DNA of 63,028 bases, filler included, from Diploschistes diacapsis (Eukaryota), in the NCBI GenBank assembly GCA_023645945.1. It is 18 parts of 18 records of this genome, joined end to end, with 100 filler letters (N's around TTAATTAATTAA, not from the genome) between each part and the next. Parts side by side here need not be neighbours in the genome. Positions count along the whole stretch, not along the records: positions 32,964 to 53,428 come from JALAIB010000343.1; positions 53,529 to 54,800 come from JALAIB010003430.1; positions 54,901 to 56,172 come from JALAIB010003431.1; positions 56,273 to 57,544 come from JALAIB010003432.1; positions 57,645 to 58,915 come from JALAIB010003433.1; positions 59,016 to 60,286 come from JALAIB010003434.1; positions 60,387 to 61,657 come from JALAIB010003435.1; 11 more parts are not named here. One strand, written 5' to 3'. Positions 47,001 through 61,331 of the stretch are shown here, one piece after another (position 1 is the first letter of the stretch; every line of letters begins with the position of its first letter). The notes below the pieces were generated by a model. It ran no database searches, was not told the DNA's origin, and was given only the letters and a program-made list of their open reading frames with translations. Position numbers and translations under genes: made by a program.

Positions 47001-49092
47001 TACCCATGGCACCAGCTATCCAGTGATAAGACGAGGTGGAGCAGGAAAAAGGCCTAGTTTTGAACGTTATCTTGGATGTCTCGATTCATACTCCAGTACG
47101 CAAAGTACGGAAGCCAATCCGCAAGGTCACTTTCGTAGATACTTGAAAGCTTCGTTCGATTGCATGGAGGAAACGCATATCCCATTAGGAGCTTAGATAA
47201 AATAATCCAGGCCTCGGCAAGTCCAGGCAGATTGAACCTGGTTCTCTGTGACCCAGATGTCAGATTCAAATACAGCTATCATTACGGTATGGAGATGTAG
47301 AATCCCTGACCGTTTCGGTTATCGTATACCTTCGAGGAGATGCAGAGGAGGGATGGACCGAAGATTAGGATTGGTCTCCCTGATCCTCAGGTATGGCTAT
47401 TGTTGTAACTCCCTCGATATATAAATTCCGAATGAGCTTCAATACTCAGATGCAGCGAGCGGAACCCCAGTTTTCCCTGAAACACCTCAGGTATGGTGTC
47501 CAGAAACTTCTACTCAGCTTCAGCGGACAGGACAAGATTCTTGCAAAACCCTCATCTGGTTTATGGCGGGACTAGAGTCTCTGTTCGTACTACTCATATC
47601 AGACATTAAAGATCGACAGCGGAGTTCTCCCTAGGCAGTTTCGGTAGCCCAACGAAAGACTGAGGACGGAAACGCTACGTCGTTGGCACTATAAGGGAGT
47701 TCTGCGAACCGGGTGCGAGTGCTAGTGGTTCACCCAATGTCCTCGAGTTAGAAATGGAGGCCTTCTCGCTGGCTTGTCATAGCGTGAGAATAGCCGAAGG
47801 CAATGTTTCATTTCAGAAGCAATACATGCTTCTCCGAATCAAGGTTCCTGAGATAAATCTGTTTTAGACTGTAATCCTTAAGTACCAGCATCCTCCTCAC
47901 ACTTTCAACGCTAAGCTTCAGCTACCATCTTTATGTAATGTCAAGGATGTATATATATTCTTTGTAGCTTTGCACTTGTACTCACTCTTGACCCTGACCA
48001 TTACACTTATTTTTCCAGGGAATAAAGCAAGCCCAGACAGCGTAGTAATAGCTGTAATTGAACAAACGCCGAGACTCCTATACGGCTTATATTCTTTCGT
48101 GCTGATTTCGTTCGCTCCTCAGGTTCTAGAGCGATAAATATACTAGAGCGCTCGACAAGGCAAGTTATCCTTACTATTTCGCTCGGCAAGGATTCCATGG
48201 GCCTATGTCGCATGAGTCATATCAATTAGCTGCCAACTAGCACAAAGCCTGAAAGCGAACATTCGTGATATCAGCGCAAGCGAAGCCTAGTGAAAGTTCC
48301 TAGTCTCAAGACTTCGAGCAGACGCTGACAGACCCACGAAAGTCAAAACCGTGTCCCTCTTTATACCTTCTGTGGGGATTCCGGAAAGTTGGCGGCTAAT
48401 GCGCAATGTAACTCCCAAAACCGGGGGGTAGAGGGAAGGCATTTGAATGTGAAGTTTGAAGATGGACAAAAAAAGAATGTCCCAGACCTGAATTCGTTAC
48501 TCATACGACTAGAGATCTTGGGGAGAAGATTGCGACTTAACAAACTATAGTAGAGAGATGTGCAAAACAAGTAGAAAGGCAGCAATGCCTGAATATGAAG
48601 GGCTGATCGGCTCAGAATTACCATTTCGCCACATAAAATGTTAATAAAGCATCTAAAGGAGGAATTCTGCCTAATACGAAGAGGTGAAAAAGAAAGTTGC
48701 CAAGGAAAAGCAAAAGCTAGGTTGGAAAGAAGGAAGTCGAACTGTCTTATATACGTATATTATATACGTATACATATATAAAGATCATAGGGAGCCGTTG
48801 TGATCGGGAGAGGGGGCCTAAGATTTGTGGCAGTCAGGAGATGAATCTTGAAGTTTGCTGTAGCATCATTGAATACTAAGGTTAACTTGATCGCGATCAT
48901 ATTTCCGCGCAAATAGGTAAGCAAACTAGTAGAGCCACCCAGGGTATCCATCTGCACAGAATTGAAAAGCTCGATAGACCAGCTCACATTTATTTCCCCA
49001 CCTGACCCGCCATGCAACGCTATGCAACATTAAGTAGAAAGGAAGTCGGTCCGAATGGTATCACAGGCGCATCTCATCGTTCCGTTGAACTG

Positions 49093-52000
49093 CTACAGGT
49101 TATCCGGAAATTCGTCTGTCAGCTTCAATCTTGCGCTGATATTCATGCTAAGCATCTCTTGTATGAGTAGCTTTGCGGCGTAAGGGATCGTCATCTTCAC
49201 GACGCCTTGCGTCTTATTACAGGTTTTGCAGTAGCCCTGATAACCCATCATGCCGCAGGTTCCACAAATGTCCACTTGGTGAGCATCGCTGGAATGCATG
49301 AGCCGTTCCAGCAGAAGCTGCGAGGCGCCGTAAGCTATCAAACAGTCCCGCTCCATTTCGCCAAGACGTAAGCCACCAGACCGAGATCGACCCTCGGTGG
49401 GCTGCCGCGTCAGTACCGCTCTGGGACCGCGTGATCGAGCATGCATCTTGTCCTGAACCATGTGCTTCAACTTTTGGTAGTAGATGGGCCCGAAGAACAC
49501 GTATGCAGGCAATGGCTCGCCAGTAATGCCACTCGTCATGAAGTCTTTCCCGGAGTAGCTGAAACCGTGCTTTAGTAGAATGCTGCCCATGTCCTCTACA
49601 TTGCTGCCGCCAAATGCTGTGCCGTACTGGAGCTCACCTGTGAGCACACCCGCTTTGCCCGCTACAAGCTCGAGCATCTTCCCCACCGTCATGCGGGAGG
49701 GGAACCCATGAGGGTTCATGATGACGTCCGGAACGATACCTTCGTCTGAGAAAGGCATGTCGGCTTGCTCTGCAATAATCCCCACAACGCCCTTTTGTCC
49801 ATGACGAGACGAAAACTTGTCCCCAACCTCGGGTCGCCGGGTCTGGCGAGTCTTGATCTTGATGATCTTGGAATCGTTCTCGTTAATGGTGATCATAACT
49901 TGATCCACATAGCTGGGATCTGGAAGTTTGTACACCATATAGTTAGGGACGTAAAACTCGTTTGTGTTGACATCGGATGGCAGTATGGCAGTTGTTGTGT
50001 TCGTAGGAGCCTGTTTGAGTAGATACTTGTCCCCATCGCAAATCTGTTCGCCAACTTCCACCACGCCATTCCTGTCAAGCTTAGAATATGATTTCTCAAG
50101 GAAGAAAGTCCCGTCCGGGGCCTCGGTCAAAGGGGGCCTGTCGCCAATACGATCTTCCAAGCCATTGGTATGCTTCCTGAGCAGAGTGGCATATTTGCGA
50201 AAGACCTGGCACCGCCCAAATCCCCGGTCACATGAGGCTTTGTTTAATACGAGTGCATCCTCAATGTCGTATCCAGAATAACTCATCACAGCAACAATGG
50301 CGTTCTGCCCAGCTGGTAGTTTATCGTACTTGATCAGCTCAATTGCTCTTGTCTTGACCAAAGGTTTCTCGGGATAGACCATCAGGAACAAAAGGGTATC
50401 GATCCGCAGAAATTGGTTCGAAGCAATTGCACCGATTGCTTGTTTTCCCATAGCGCATTGGTATGTGTTTCGAGGAGATTGGTTATGATGTGGATATGGT
50501 ATCAACCCAGCAACGGCACCTAGTATAGTGAATGGCTCGATTTCCAAATGTGTTGTTGCGTCATTCATGTCAGTTTCATACATTGCGATGTTCGAGTCGT
50601 TCTCTTCGTTCACGTCGAGGTATTCAACAAGGCCACGTGCCAGGAAATCATCAAACTCCATGGTTCCCTTTCGTAAAGCCTTCAGATGGCGAGTAGTGAC
50701 CTTGGATTTACCTTTTTCCACCACAATGATTGGCCGGCATATCCGGCCCTCGTCCGTCGCGATGTGCACGGCCTTATGGTGGTGATTGATGAAGATGCTG
50801 ACAAACTCCGAAATACGGCCCATTCTGCGTAGTCGGCGAAAAGCGTTCAAAAACTGTTTTGGAACCCTGGTGAAGGCTATCGGGGTACCATTGACGAAGA
50901 CCAAATAGCTTCCTTCACGATAGAGATCCACGCCGTTCTGAGCGGCTACATCTTGAGCTCCTAATATAAAGACGAGTTTCTTGATCGGCTCTTCCTCATC
51001 GTCCGTCGTGATGTGGGTCATGAGAGCCAGGTTCTTGACGAGGCCACAAGCCTCACCTTCAGGGGTGTCAGATGTGCACAACATCCCGAACTGTGAGGGT
51101 TGAAGAGCACGGGGCCCGGAGACTTTACGGGTTTTCTCGAACTGGCTCGTAATTCTCGTCATCATTCCCAGCGCGCTTATGTAGCTCAACCGGCTCAATA
51201 CATGGGTCACACCCGCTTTGTTCATGCGAAATCGTTTCAAATTCCAATTGCCGGTGGATATTGCTCGACTCATGCCGCCCGTGATTGTGCTCGCTTGGTG
51301 CTCCACGGCCGTCCAGGCTTCAAACTCTGTCCGCTGGGGCTTTCGGAAGACCTTGTCAATGCTGGTCTTTACATCGTGGTTGAATTTCTTGAATAGATCC
51401 TCGAAAAGCAAGGATAGCATCTGACCAGCAAGTTCGAGCCGCTTGTTGCCCACATAGTCTCGATCGTCGACCAACTCGCTGTCGCGCCACGCCGCCAGAA
51501 CACGTCGGACCATGAATGCAATGTACATGGCTTTGGGCCTGAAATTGAGTGCGCGAACGGGGACATGGGGTATGATGACAGAAGCCAGGGCCTCGAGGGC
51601 CTCCTGAGCGTGATGCCGCCGTGGTGCACCGAAGCCAACTGGCTTTCGCATAATTTTGATCCTGGATCCAAGAAACTCAAGGGCCTGTTGCTGCGTGTAG
51701 ATCCCGAGCCGATCAGACTCTTCAAAATTCAACGCAAATTGGTCCTGAAAATCTGCATCCGAACCCGTACAGATTGACATCATTTCTTGGTGTGAGACAA
51801 TTCCCATGGCCTTGAATGCGATAACGATCGATATGTCTTCGTTGAGAACATTGTGGGCCAAGTAAAGACGGTCCTTCTTCAACCCTACATAACTCTTCGA
51901 TTTGCGCTCGTGAGTGGAACTTGTGACGGAAGCTTGGACAAAGTCCTTCTTGGAATCCGCTTCGACGATGATTCGATTCTTGCTCAGCTGCTCTTGCACT

Positions 52001-52820
52001 AGGATAACCTTTTCCGTGCCATTGACTATGAAGTAACCTCCAGGATCGAGGGGACATTCGTTCAATTTGCTCAAATCTTGACCCGCCCTCTCTGTAAGCA
52101 CACACTTGGAGCTTTTGAGCATGATTGGAAGTCTTCCTATCGGCACACGACGTCTCTCGATCCTCTGTCTTCCTCGCAAGTATTGCACATCCACATAAAT
52201 AGGGGCAGCATAAGTGAGATCCCGCAGGCGGCATTCGTTCGGAGTAACGTCAGAGCGGTACTTTGGATCATTTGACTGAGGATCATCTTTGCGACTAGGG
52301 AAGCCAACGTATATGTCTTTATAATGCAAGTAGAATTCCGGGTCGACATCACTAAGAATAGTTCGGTTTGCGCGCACGATCTTCTTGAGCTCGACTTCGA
52401 CGAAATAATTAAAGGAGCTGATGTGCTGTTTGACGAGACCTTTGACCTTCAAAAATGCCGGCAGTAGGTTCCACTTGTCTCTTGCGGTGTCAACAGGGTC
52501 TGTCAGAGACTTGCCATAGTAGAAAGGCTCAAGTATGGCGTCGAAGCCATCGTCCCTGTGCCCGTGCCTCTTTTTTTGTCCCTCTGGCACGTGTGAGCGT
52601 TCTGTATTCTTGTCTTGGATAGCTGCATCCTCTATATGCCCATCCTGCAGCTGTGAGTCGGCTGTTGTTTGCGATAGTTTGGGCGTTTTTTCCGTTTGCT
52701 TCTTCTGTGCTGTGAATGAGTGACCAAACAGAATAGTTGGGACATGAACTGTGACCTTACCTGGAAGCTGTCGTCATCTGAAGCTTCGACCTGATCAGCA
52801 GGCTTCTTCCGAGAAGGCAT
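49093..52820 (-). CDS. RPC2: RNA polymerase III second-largest subunit (C128)
   Basis: ATG at 52820, intron 52760-52705. Pol III-type [26 protein letters not shown], plus [52 protein letters not shown] and a C4 zinc ribbon. Confidence 0.97.
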
Positions 52821-53528
52821 GGATGGAGCCTGAGGCCCGGCCTGCGAAATTGTGAATCTCTTGATGAATCCAAAGCTATAGCTAGAAATTAGATACAGGG
52901 TATCTATAATTTCCAGCAGAGAGAGGGTAGGTCCCCACTGTTAGGGTTCACCCCACTACACTACACTACACTACTGCTTCTGCGTGTTGAAATGCTAGAT
53001 TGTCCTACATAAAAGTTGTTGTTGGCCTCTGTCCCCACATAAACTAAGTGTGATGAGCTAACATCTCAACAGGACTGAAGGTTGTATATTCGGCAAAACA
53101 AGTCTTCCGACGGATGTCGCTTCTTGGAGTCTCTATTACGTAAGGTCTTACCAATCCTTTCATCCCGCCTCGCCTCTCCTCTCCGGAGTTAGAGTCCCCG
53201 CGGGAAAAAACAAAAATTCCCTCCCTTTTCTTCTGGCTTTCTTTCTCTCCAACCCCACCCCCCTTTCTACCAACAAACTTGAGCTCGCCAATCAGCCAAC
53301 TTTTGCTCACCGCCCTGGCTAAGACTTTCAGATCTACATACCTAGCATACCCTAACACACCCTAACATAAGAAATCCTACCTGTAATCTACGACGATTTT
53401 ATCGTGATATGCCCCGCCACTCTACACCNNNNNNNNNNNNNNNNNNNNNNNNNNNNNNNNNNNNNNNNNNNNTTAATTAATTAANNNNNNNNNNNNNNNN
53501 NNNNNNNNNNNNNNNNNNNNNNNNNNNN

Positions 53529-53965
53529 AAAGTAATGGTCCCTCCACCAAAACACACCAAAATTTTCGCATTTCAGGAAGCTCCCAACTCATCAATTAAA
53601 GGTTTTAGGAATTGAAAAGATTATAAAAGACATTTAAAACTACGCTCAATATATATAAATTCTTTTAAAGAAATTCCGTGCGATATAGAGTGATTAATAA
53701 CACGATAAACTTTTGAAGTGTACCGCTGCCGCCAAAAATCGCGGCAGCGATACTTTCTCGATCTTTACAACGTAATTACTTCAGTTATAGCTTTAATAAT
53801 TTCAAAAAAAAAACAGTAGAGTAAATATCCATCTTATTATAAAAAGCTTGAATATTTTTTTAGATTTTTAAAAGGCTTATTTATGGGTGGTATAATAGCT
53901 CTATGAAATAGACGCATTTTGGTGTAACTTGGGGGAGGGTCCATTACTTTTGGCATAGTACTGTA
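53529..53965. mobile_element. Tc1/mariner-type MITE (~450 bp)
   Basis: Right TIR (revcomp CAGTACTATGCCAAAAGTAATGGACCCTCCCCCAAGTTACACCAAAAT) followed by TA. It matches AAAGTAATGGTCCCTCCACCAAAACACACCAAAAT at the contig start. Confidence 0.75.
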
Positions 53966-54900
53966 CATCTTCTTTAGGTTTTAGATCGTCGGCCGTTTTA
54001 ATACATTCTTCTTCTTCCTCTTTCTCGCGCGTAAAATTGGGATCTTAGGATAAATAACGCCTTCGCCGACTTGTGATACTAGAATTATCAGATTGTCGTA
54101 AATAATATCCGATAACGAGAGTCTTACGAATAATTAAATTATTAAACGGGATTATCGATATATAATAAGATCCCGACCGCGATTAAGTATTTTCTTAATA
54201 TTAATTTCCGAGATTGGAACAATTAAGATATCACGCGTTATTCGCGTCAGCTTCGGAAATATTTGTTCGTTTATACGCTACCATTCAAGAAAGTTAAGTT
54301 CTTTATTTTTATCATAAACTACATTATCGTCTAAATATTGTAAAGCTTAAGTTCGTTTATTCATTACGATTCGTTTCGTTTAATAATTAGCTTTAAAATT
54401 AGTAAGAATTGTTAAACCTGATATAACTTTAAGCGTTCTCGATCGATAAATATCACGTTAATAATATTCTTTAAAGAAATCTATGAATTCCTTTTTATAT
54501 CGACGTTAATATTTTTTATTATTTAGAAATTCATCCTTATCCCAATCCTATATAAAATCAGTTAATATATTAATAACTAAACTCCAATATTATTATTTTA
54601 TATAATAATAACTTATTACTTAAATCGAGAACGGTTATAAGATTATAAAAAAATCTGTCTTGATTTTTTATTTTAAAATTGTATTTTTCGATCTTTACGA
54701 TGGAGATCTTAATCGCGGGAATAATATCGTTATAAAACCGCTCATATTTAGATAACTTATCCTTTAATTTTATTAACTGGTTCTCGAGGCGATCTATAAT
54801 NNNNNNNNNNNNNNNNNNNNNNNNNNNNNNNNNNNNNNNNNNNNTTAATTAATTAANNNNNNNNNNNNNNNNNNNNNNNNNNNNNNNNNNNNNNNNNNNN

Positions 54901-55125
54901 TATCCGTATCCGTGCATTCATCGAAACACTTTTAAATATTTTTTTAATGTTACTAATTCTAGAAGTATTACGCCTATTTCTCACGCTTTTATTTTTTTAA
55001 AAAAATTTCACCGCGGTCTTTCGATAGATTTACCGTAGTGTTTCGATGGATTCACGGAAATGCAGTATCCGTAACGTGTTTCACGGGGATTCCGGCCATC
55101 CCCAGATTCCGGCCACCTCAAAATT
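54901..55125 (+). mobile_element. Family B internal fragment joined at TA to a family A TIR
   Basis: GGATTCACGGAAATGCAGTATCCG|TA|ACGTGTTTCACGGGG.... The sequence after the TIR differs from the other copies, so this is probably the opposite end of family A. Confidence 0.7.
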
Positions 55126-55289
55126 ATTATTTTTATCTTATATTCGATCTTTTTTAACAATGACTACTTCGTATAATAATAATTCGATTTTAATAAATTT
55201 TAATATCAACGACTGTTTATAGGCCTTAAAATTATAATAATATATTAATATTCGAGAAACTATCCGCGTATTTAAAGTATCTCGGTCGA

Positions 55290-55533
55290 TCATTATAGTA
55301 TAAACACAAGGCGCGCTGTCTGGGGAGACTTCCTTTGCTGTAGTAGGTAGGTAGTCGTAGGTGGTGTAGTAGGTGAATGTAGTGTGATCTCGTAGTTAAC
55401 AGCATACCCAGGTAGGACATTTGTGAGGTATAGGATGCATTGATTGTCTAGAACTACCTAGTAGGCCTCCTTAAATGGAGCTGCCCTATAAGGATTACCT
55501 CTATTAAGTCTACCGCCTACTTTTATGTTTATA
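55290..55533 (-). mobile_element. LTR family D copy
   Basis: Matches 22130-22367. Confidence 0.72.
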
Positions 55534-56785
55534 TACGACCCCCCCTTCAATAATTCGCTGTCTCATAACGAACTTCATATAAATCTCTTTAACAGGAAAT
55601 TTCCATCCCGTTATCTATATCTTAATATAATTCTATATCTTCTAAACAACCGAAATACCGAATAATCTATCATCCTTAATACTCCTTCTTCGACGTAACT
55701 GTACTTCTAAATCTATTCCCTTACATTTCATTCTCTCGAACACGGCTAAACAAAAAAACGGTACCTATCCAAAGACATCCTTATTTCCGATCGTATTCAT
55801 ATATCCAAAAACATCCTTATTTCCGACCGTATTCACACTATCCGTAAATATTCCGCCCGATAAGTACAGCTAACAGCACGTCCTTCCCTTTCTTTTCTTT
55901 TATCTTTTCCTTCGTTTCGTCACCATCAGCAAGAAGTTACCTATAGATAAGCAAATAGAAAGGCAGGTAAGTAAATAAATCATATAAAAAAAATAAATAA
56001 GTAAATCAGGCGGAAAAGTAAGAATACTATAAAACTAACAGACAAAATAAATAACCGCGTAAGTAACAGATAGTTTTTTATTATAGTTATAGGTTTTTAG
56101 GGCCTTGTGATACCGACTCCGATTTTTATTTATATAATTGTTAATTAATACGGCTTTAGTTCTTCTTAAGATNNNNNNNNNNNNNNNNNNNNNNNNNNNN
56201 NNNNNNNNNNNNNNNNTTAATTAATTAANNNNNNNNNNNNNNNNNNNNNNNNNNNNNNNNNNNNNNNNNNNNATATTTTATAAAAAGGTCCAAACTTTAG
56301 AATTTCTTCGTCTATAAGTTCAATAATATGATCTTAAGGTTTATACTTAGATAGTATTCGTAAGCCTATTTCTTTCTAAAAGAAATATAATTACTAATAA
56401 TATTCTTTAAAGATTTTTAAAAGATAATCATTTCTTTTTTTATTAGTATTCTTATTAATACGAGTCTTTATTTCTCGTATCTAAATTTATTAATTAAGAT
56501 CGTTCTTAATTCCGGTTCGAGAAGTATCGTATAATATTTTCTTTTTATCTATCGTAATCGCTATAACTGCGCGTAAACGGGATATATTAATATACGTATA
56601 TCCGTTTAATTTAAAAGTCCGTATCTTAAAATTAATCGTTAGATTATAGATATTCAGTCAAAGGTCTCCGAGAATGATTTCGTAGATAATTATATTTATT
56701 AAATCGAAAATAAGTTTTTTAACATATCCTAAAATTTTGATTATTAGCGATAACGTACGTTTAATAATTTATAAAGCGTTACGTG

Positions 56786-57063
56786 TAGGCTGGCCGTTTC
56801 GTGCCACGGTCACTGACACGGACACTGCAGCAAAAATTTTTAAAACACGGACACTGACACGGACACGACAGCTAAAATTTTAAAACACGGATACTGACAC
56901 GGACATTATATTACAGTAAAAGCACGGACACGGACACTATAATTAAAAAATTTAAAACATTAATATTAACACAGACATTACATTTCCGTAAATTTATCGA
57001 AATACTACAATAAATCCACCGAAACACCGCAGTGAAATTTTTTTAAAAAAATAAAAACGTGAG
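56786..57063 (-). mobile_element. Family B hAT MITE end, interrupted by a family G LTR
   Basis: TAGGCTGGCCGTTTCGTGCCACGG... is the reverse complement of the end at 31344 and carries ACACGGAC repeats. Confidence 0.82.
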
Positions 57064-57433
57064 TATTACGATCCAAGTACCAGACTTGGCACGTCCCAGC
57101 TTTGTATATAGATCAGTCACGGGACCGAGGGTCACGTGATGCGCTCACTGCTCGCGCTCATTCTCGTAAACGGCGAACGGGCTTTCGCCACCGCTCGATA
57201 ATCGCGTTCATTCTTATAAACGGCGAGCCTTAGGAACACCGCTCGCTAAATTTATAATAAACGACGAACGAGTTAATTATATATAAACACGACTCTACTT
57301 TCGTGAAAAAAGACGTATTTACTTTTATAAATATCTTAAGTTATTATTCGGGATTAATTTATATTCGTTATTTTTATCATTTTAAAACTTTCTTTTTAAA
57401 AACAGTTTAAGATTTATAACTATTTAAAATATT

Positions 57434-57544
57434 TGTTGAGCAGGCAGGCAGAATGCATGGCTGGGAAGTTCAGCTGAACCTCAGGTTCAGGTTCAGTTCA
57501 GCTGAACCTACTGGGGTTCTTGCTAATCCTAATCGGGAGTAATG
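57434..57544 (+). mobile_element. LTR family C 5' end
   Basis: The first 77 bp are identical to those at 28953 and 59327. Confidence 0.75.
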
Positions 57545-57644
57545 NNNNNNNNNNNNNNNNNNNNNNNNNNNNNNNNNNNNNNNNNNNNTTAATTAATTAA
57601 NNNNNNNNNNNNNNNNNNNNNNNNNNNNNNNNNNNNNNNNNNNN

Positions 57645-58449
57645 TCTTAATATCCGTCTTATTCTTTTATTATTTTATTCTTTTTTTTTATTCTTTGGTT
57701 CTTTCGTTCCGATAATATTGATTCTTTTATTTATTTATTTTTTATTATTCTTCCTTAAAACCCGTATTTAATTTTATATTCGATACTTTTTCCTTAATAT
57801 ACGTATTCGTATAATCCTATTTAATTTATTTATTCTTATTCGATTTTCTTTTTTTCGTGTTCGTATTCGCGTAATCTTGATTAATTTACTTAATTTCTAT
57901 CCGGTATCGAGTAACTCGAGCTAATAATGCCTATCGTTTCTAATATCGATAATCTTTAATTTCCAATTCTTTCTTAATATCTTATTTATTCGCAGCCCAA
58001 CCCTCTAAATGCATTTTAATTAAATTCTGTTCTTTCATCCTTTTAATACTGGTAGATCATTTAAGGATAATTAAATGTTCTCTTTCTTTTTCTTTCTATA
58101 TTCTTACAAATAATGTCTTTCTATTATGCCTGGAATTTTTAGATCGTAACCTTCTTCTTACCTTTCGTAAGATGTAGAAGGGTCCTTAAACAAGTCCTTA
58201 GGTTGGTCTTTATTATAAACACAAGGCGCGTTGTTTAGCGAGACTTCCCTTGTTATAGTAAATAGGTAATCGCAGGTGGTATAATAAAAGAATGTAGTGT
58301 GAGTTGGTAGTCAATAGCATACCTAGGTAGGACATTTGTGAAATATAGGATGCATTCCCCTCTCTAGAGTTACCTAGCAGGCCTCCTTAAATGGAGCTGC
58401 CCTGTGGAGACCACCCCCACCAAGTCTGCGGCCTACTTTTATGTTTACA
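57645..58449 (-). mobile_element. LTR family D plus internal sequence
   Basis: Colinear with 60387-61055. Confidence 0.75.
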
Positions 58450-59326
58450 CTAGAACTTTTTAATTATAAATCAAACTAAAGAATTATATATTACAAATAT
58501 AAGCGCTAGCACGCGGACTTAAATAAAACGGATTTAAACCAACCTCAAAATTAGATTAAGACGACATATCGTACAAACACTAATCGATCTAGATATTATT
58601 ATAAACGCCATCTTAATCTTATATATATAACGGTTAAAAATAAAGAATTACGAACTTATATAAAAATACATACTCGAAACCGTAATAATATATAACGCCT
58701 TACAAGTTATTAAGTATACGTTACCGCTAATAGTTAGGATCTTAAGATATGTTAAGGAACTTATTTTTGATTTAATAGATATAATTATCTACGAAATTAT
58801 CTTTAAAAACCTTTAACTAAATATTTATAATTTAACGATTAATTTTAAGACACGGATTTTTAAATTAAACGGATGTACGTATATTAATATATCCCGTCTA
58901 CGCGCAATTATAACGNNNNNNNNNNNNNNNNNNNNNNNNNNNNNNNNNNNNNNNNNNNNTTAATTAATTAANNNNNNNNNNNNNNNNNNNNNNNNNNNNN
59001 NNNNNNNNNNNNNNNCTTTTTTAATTCCGATTCGGGAAATATCGCATAATACTTTCTTTTTATTTACCGTAGTTGTTATAACTGCGCGTAAGCGGGATGT
59101 ATTAATATACGTACATCCGTTTAACTCGAAAATCCGTATCTTAAAATTAATTATTAAATTATAAATATTTAGTTAAAGGTTTCCGAGGATGATTTCGTAG
59201 ATAATTATATTTATTAAGTCGAAGGTAAGTTCCTTAATATACCTTAAAATTCTGATTATTAACGGTAACGTACGTTTAATAATCTATAAAGCGTTACGTG
59301 TTATTACGATTTTGAATATATATTTC

Positions 59327-60112
59327 TGTTGAGCAGGCAGGCAGAATGCATGGCTGGGAAGTTCAGCTGAACCTCAGGTTCAGGTTCAGTTCAGCTGAAC
59401 CTATTAGGGTTCCTATTAATCCTAATCGGGAGTACTGCAAGTCTATAGGGCTTAATAGATCCTATTAATATAAAAGCTTGTATATAGACTCTTCCTTCTA
59501 ATTAAAACTCTAGATATTTAGACTTCAATACATACGTTACCCAAAAAGTTATGAACCCGAGTTAGTTTATTATCCCATCGCGTTTATATATTGAAAGTAA
59601 TGTTTCCGGGTAAGTATTACCGTTACGATTACGGGATCTAATTACGCTACCTATTACAAGTTAAATTGAAGAGATCTTAAAAACTTAAGATCTGGATCAT
59701 AGCACCCTAAGATGGTCAGATTTAAAGTAGAAATTAAATTACTTATCAATAAAACGCGGGCACCGACTACGCTGCTCTAAAAGAACTAAATTGGCTGAAC
59801 TAAGTCAAAATTTAGGACCTAAGTTCAGGTTTATTTAATTGACACCCGAAAATCTTCCTCCTCAATAATCATCGAAATTTAGCAGAATTCTATTACTATA
59901 TTCATTCGACTACTCTGAATAAGCATTAAAATTCAGCTGAACTCGCTGAACTTACTCGATTATCTTTACTTCTTTAACAGAAAACTCACACCTTTCTATT
60001 CCATTTATCAACGATTTACCAATTACGATTTATTTATTACATTAATCTTCTTTATTTACGAAAACTATAACCATAAAAGATATCATAAATAAAAAAAAAA
60101 ATAACTTCAATA
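59327..60112 (+). mobile_element. LTR family C, near full length (~785 bp)
   Basis: TGTTGA...TCAATA termini (RIP-mutated TCAACA). Colinear with 28953-29720. Confidence 0.72.
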
Positions 60113-60386
60113 CTGAGCAAAGAAAACTATAAAAAATGATTTATACTAATTAAGAATTATTTTTAAAACGAAGGAATAGACGACGTGTTATTATACGAAG
60201 TACCGCCTAGTTATGGCACCAATATTCCAGTATCGAGCAATTAGTTTAGTTTAATATCTAAACCTTTATATATTAGGGATCAATAGNNNNNNNNNNNNNN
60301 NNNNNNNNNNNNNNNNNNNNNNNNNNNNNNTTAATTAATTAANNNNNNNNNNNNNNNNNNNNNNNNNNNNNNNNNNNNNNNNNNNN

Positions 60387-61331
60387 TCGATACTTTTTTC
60401 TTAATATACGTATTCGTATAATTCTATTTAATTTATTTATTCTTATTCGATCCTCTTTTTCTCGTATTCGTATTCGCGTAATCCTAATTAATCTACTTAA
60501 TTTCCATCCGGTACCGAATAATTCGAGTTAATAATACTTATCGTTTTTAATATCGATAATTTTTAATTTCTAATTCTTTCTTAATATCTTATTTATTCGC
60601 AGCTTAATTTTTTAAATATATCTTAATTAAATTTTATTTTTTTATTTTTTTAATATTGGTAGGCCATTTAGGGATAATTAGATGTCTTCTTTCTTTTTCT
60701 TTTTATATTTTTATAAATAATATCTTTCTGTTATGTCTAGAGCTTTTAGATCGTAACCTTCTCCTTATCTTTCGTAAGATGTAGAAGGGTCTTTAGATAA
60801 GTCCTTAGGTTAACTTTTATTATAAATATAAGACGCGCTGTCTAGGGAGACTTCTCTTGCTGTAATAGGTAGGTAGTCGTAGGTAGTGTAGTAAAGGAAT
60901 ATAATATGATTTGGTAATCAACAGCATATCTAGGTAGGATATTTGTGAGGTGTAGGATGCATTCCTTGTCTAGAGCTACCTAGCAAGCCTCCTTATATGG
61001 AGCTGCCCTGTGGGGACCACCCCCACCAAAGCTGCGGCCTACTTTTATGTTTACAATAGGTGCTTGTAGATAATTACGACAAACGGCTTAGGATATCCAA
61101 CATACCCGGAGCGTTATATGAGACGTAATAGGTGCTGAGGGCCAGCACTGTGGGGAAGGAAGATAGTTGTAAGGCCTGCGGGGTTATACATCTGCTATTT
61201 ATTGCCACAGCCACGCATCTATATATAGTGTAATAGGGAAACAGTGTTTCGGGATTCCTGAAAGCATTGTGGTTAGTCTTTTAGCTCAGTGGAATAGCGC
61301 TACCTATTAGGCACTAACCCCCGCTGTTACA
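60387..61331 (-). mobile_element. LTR family D (to 61055) inserted just downstream of a family F LTR (~61119-61331)
   Basis: Matches the D copies and the reverse complement of 32314-~32440. Confidence 0.72.

Noticed and set aside
33200..49050. Starship-like giant transposon or secondary-metabolite cluster
   Set aside because: No tyrosine-recombinase captain, element boundaries or biosynthetic core genes are visible. YME2 and RPC2 are core genes.
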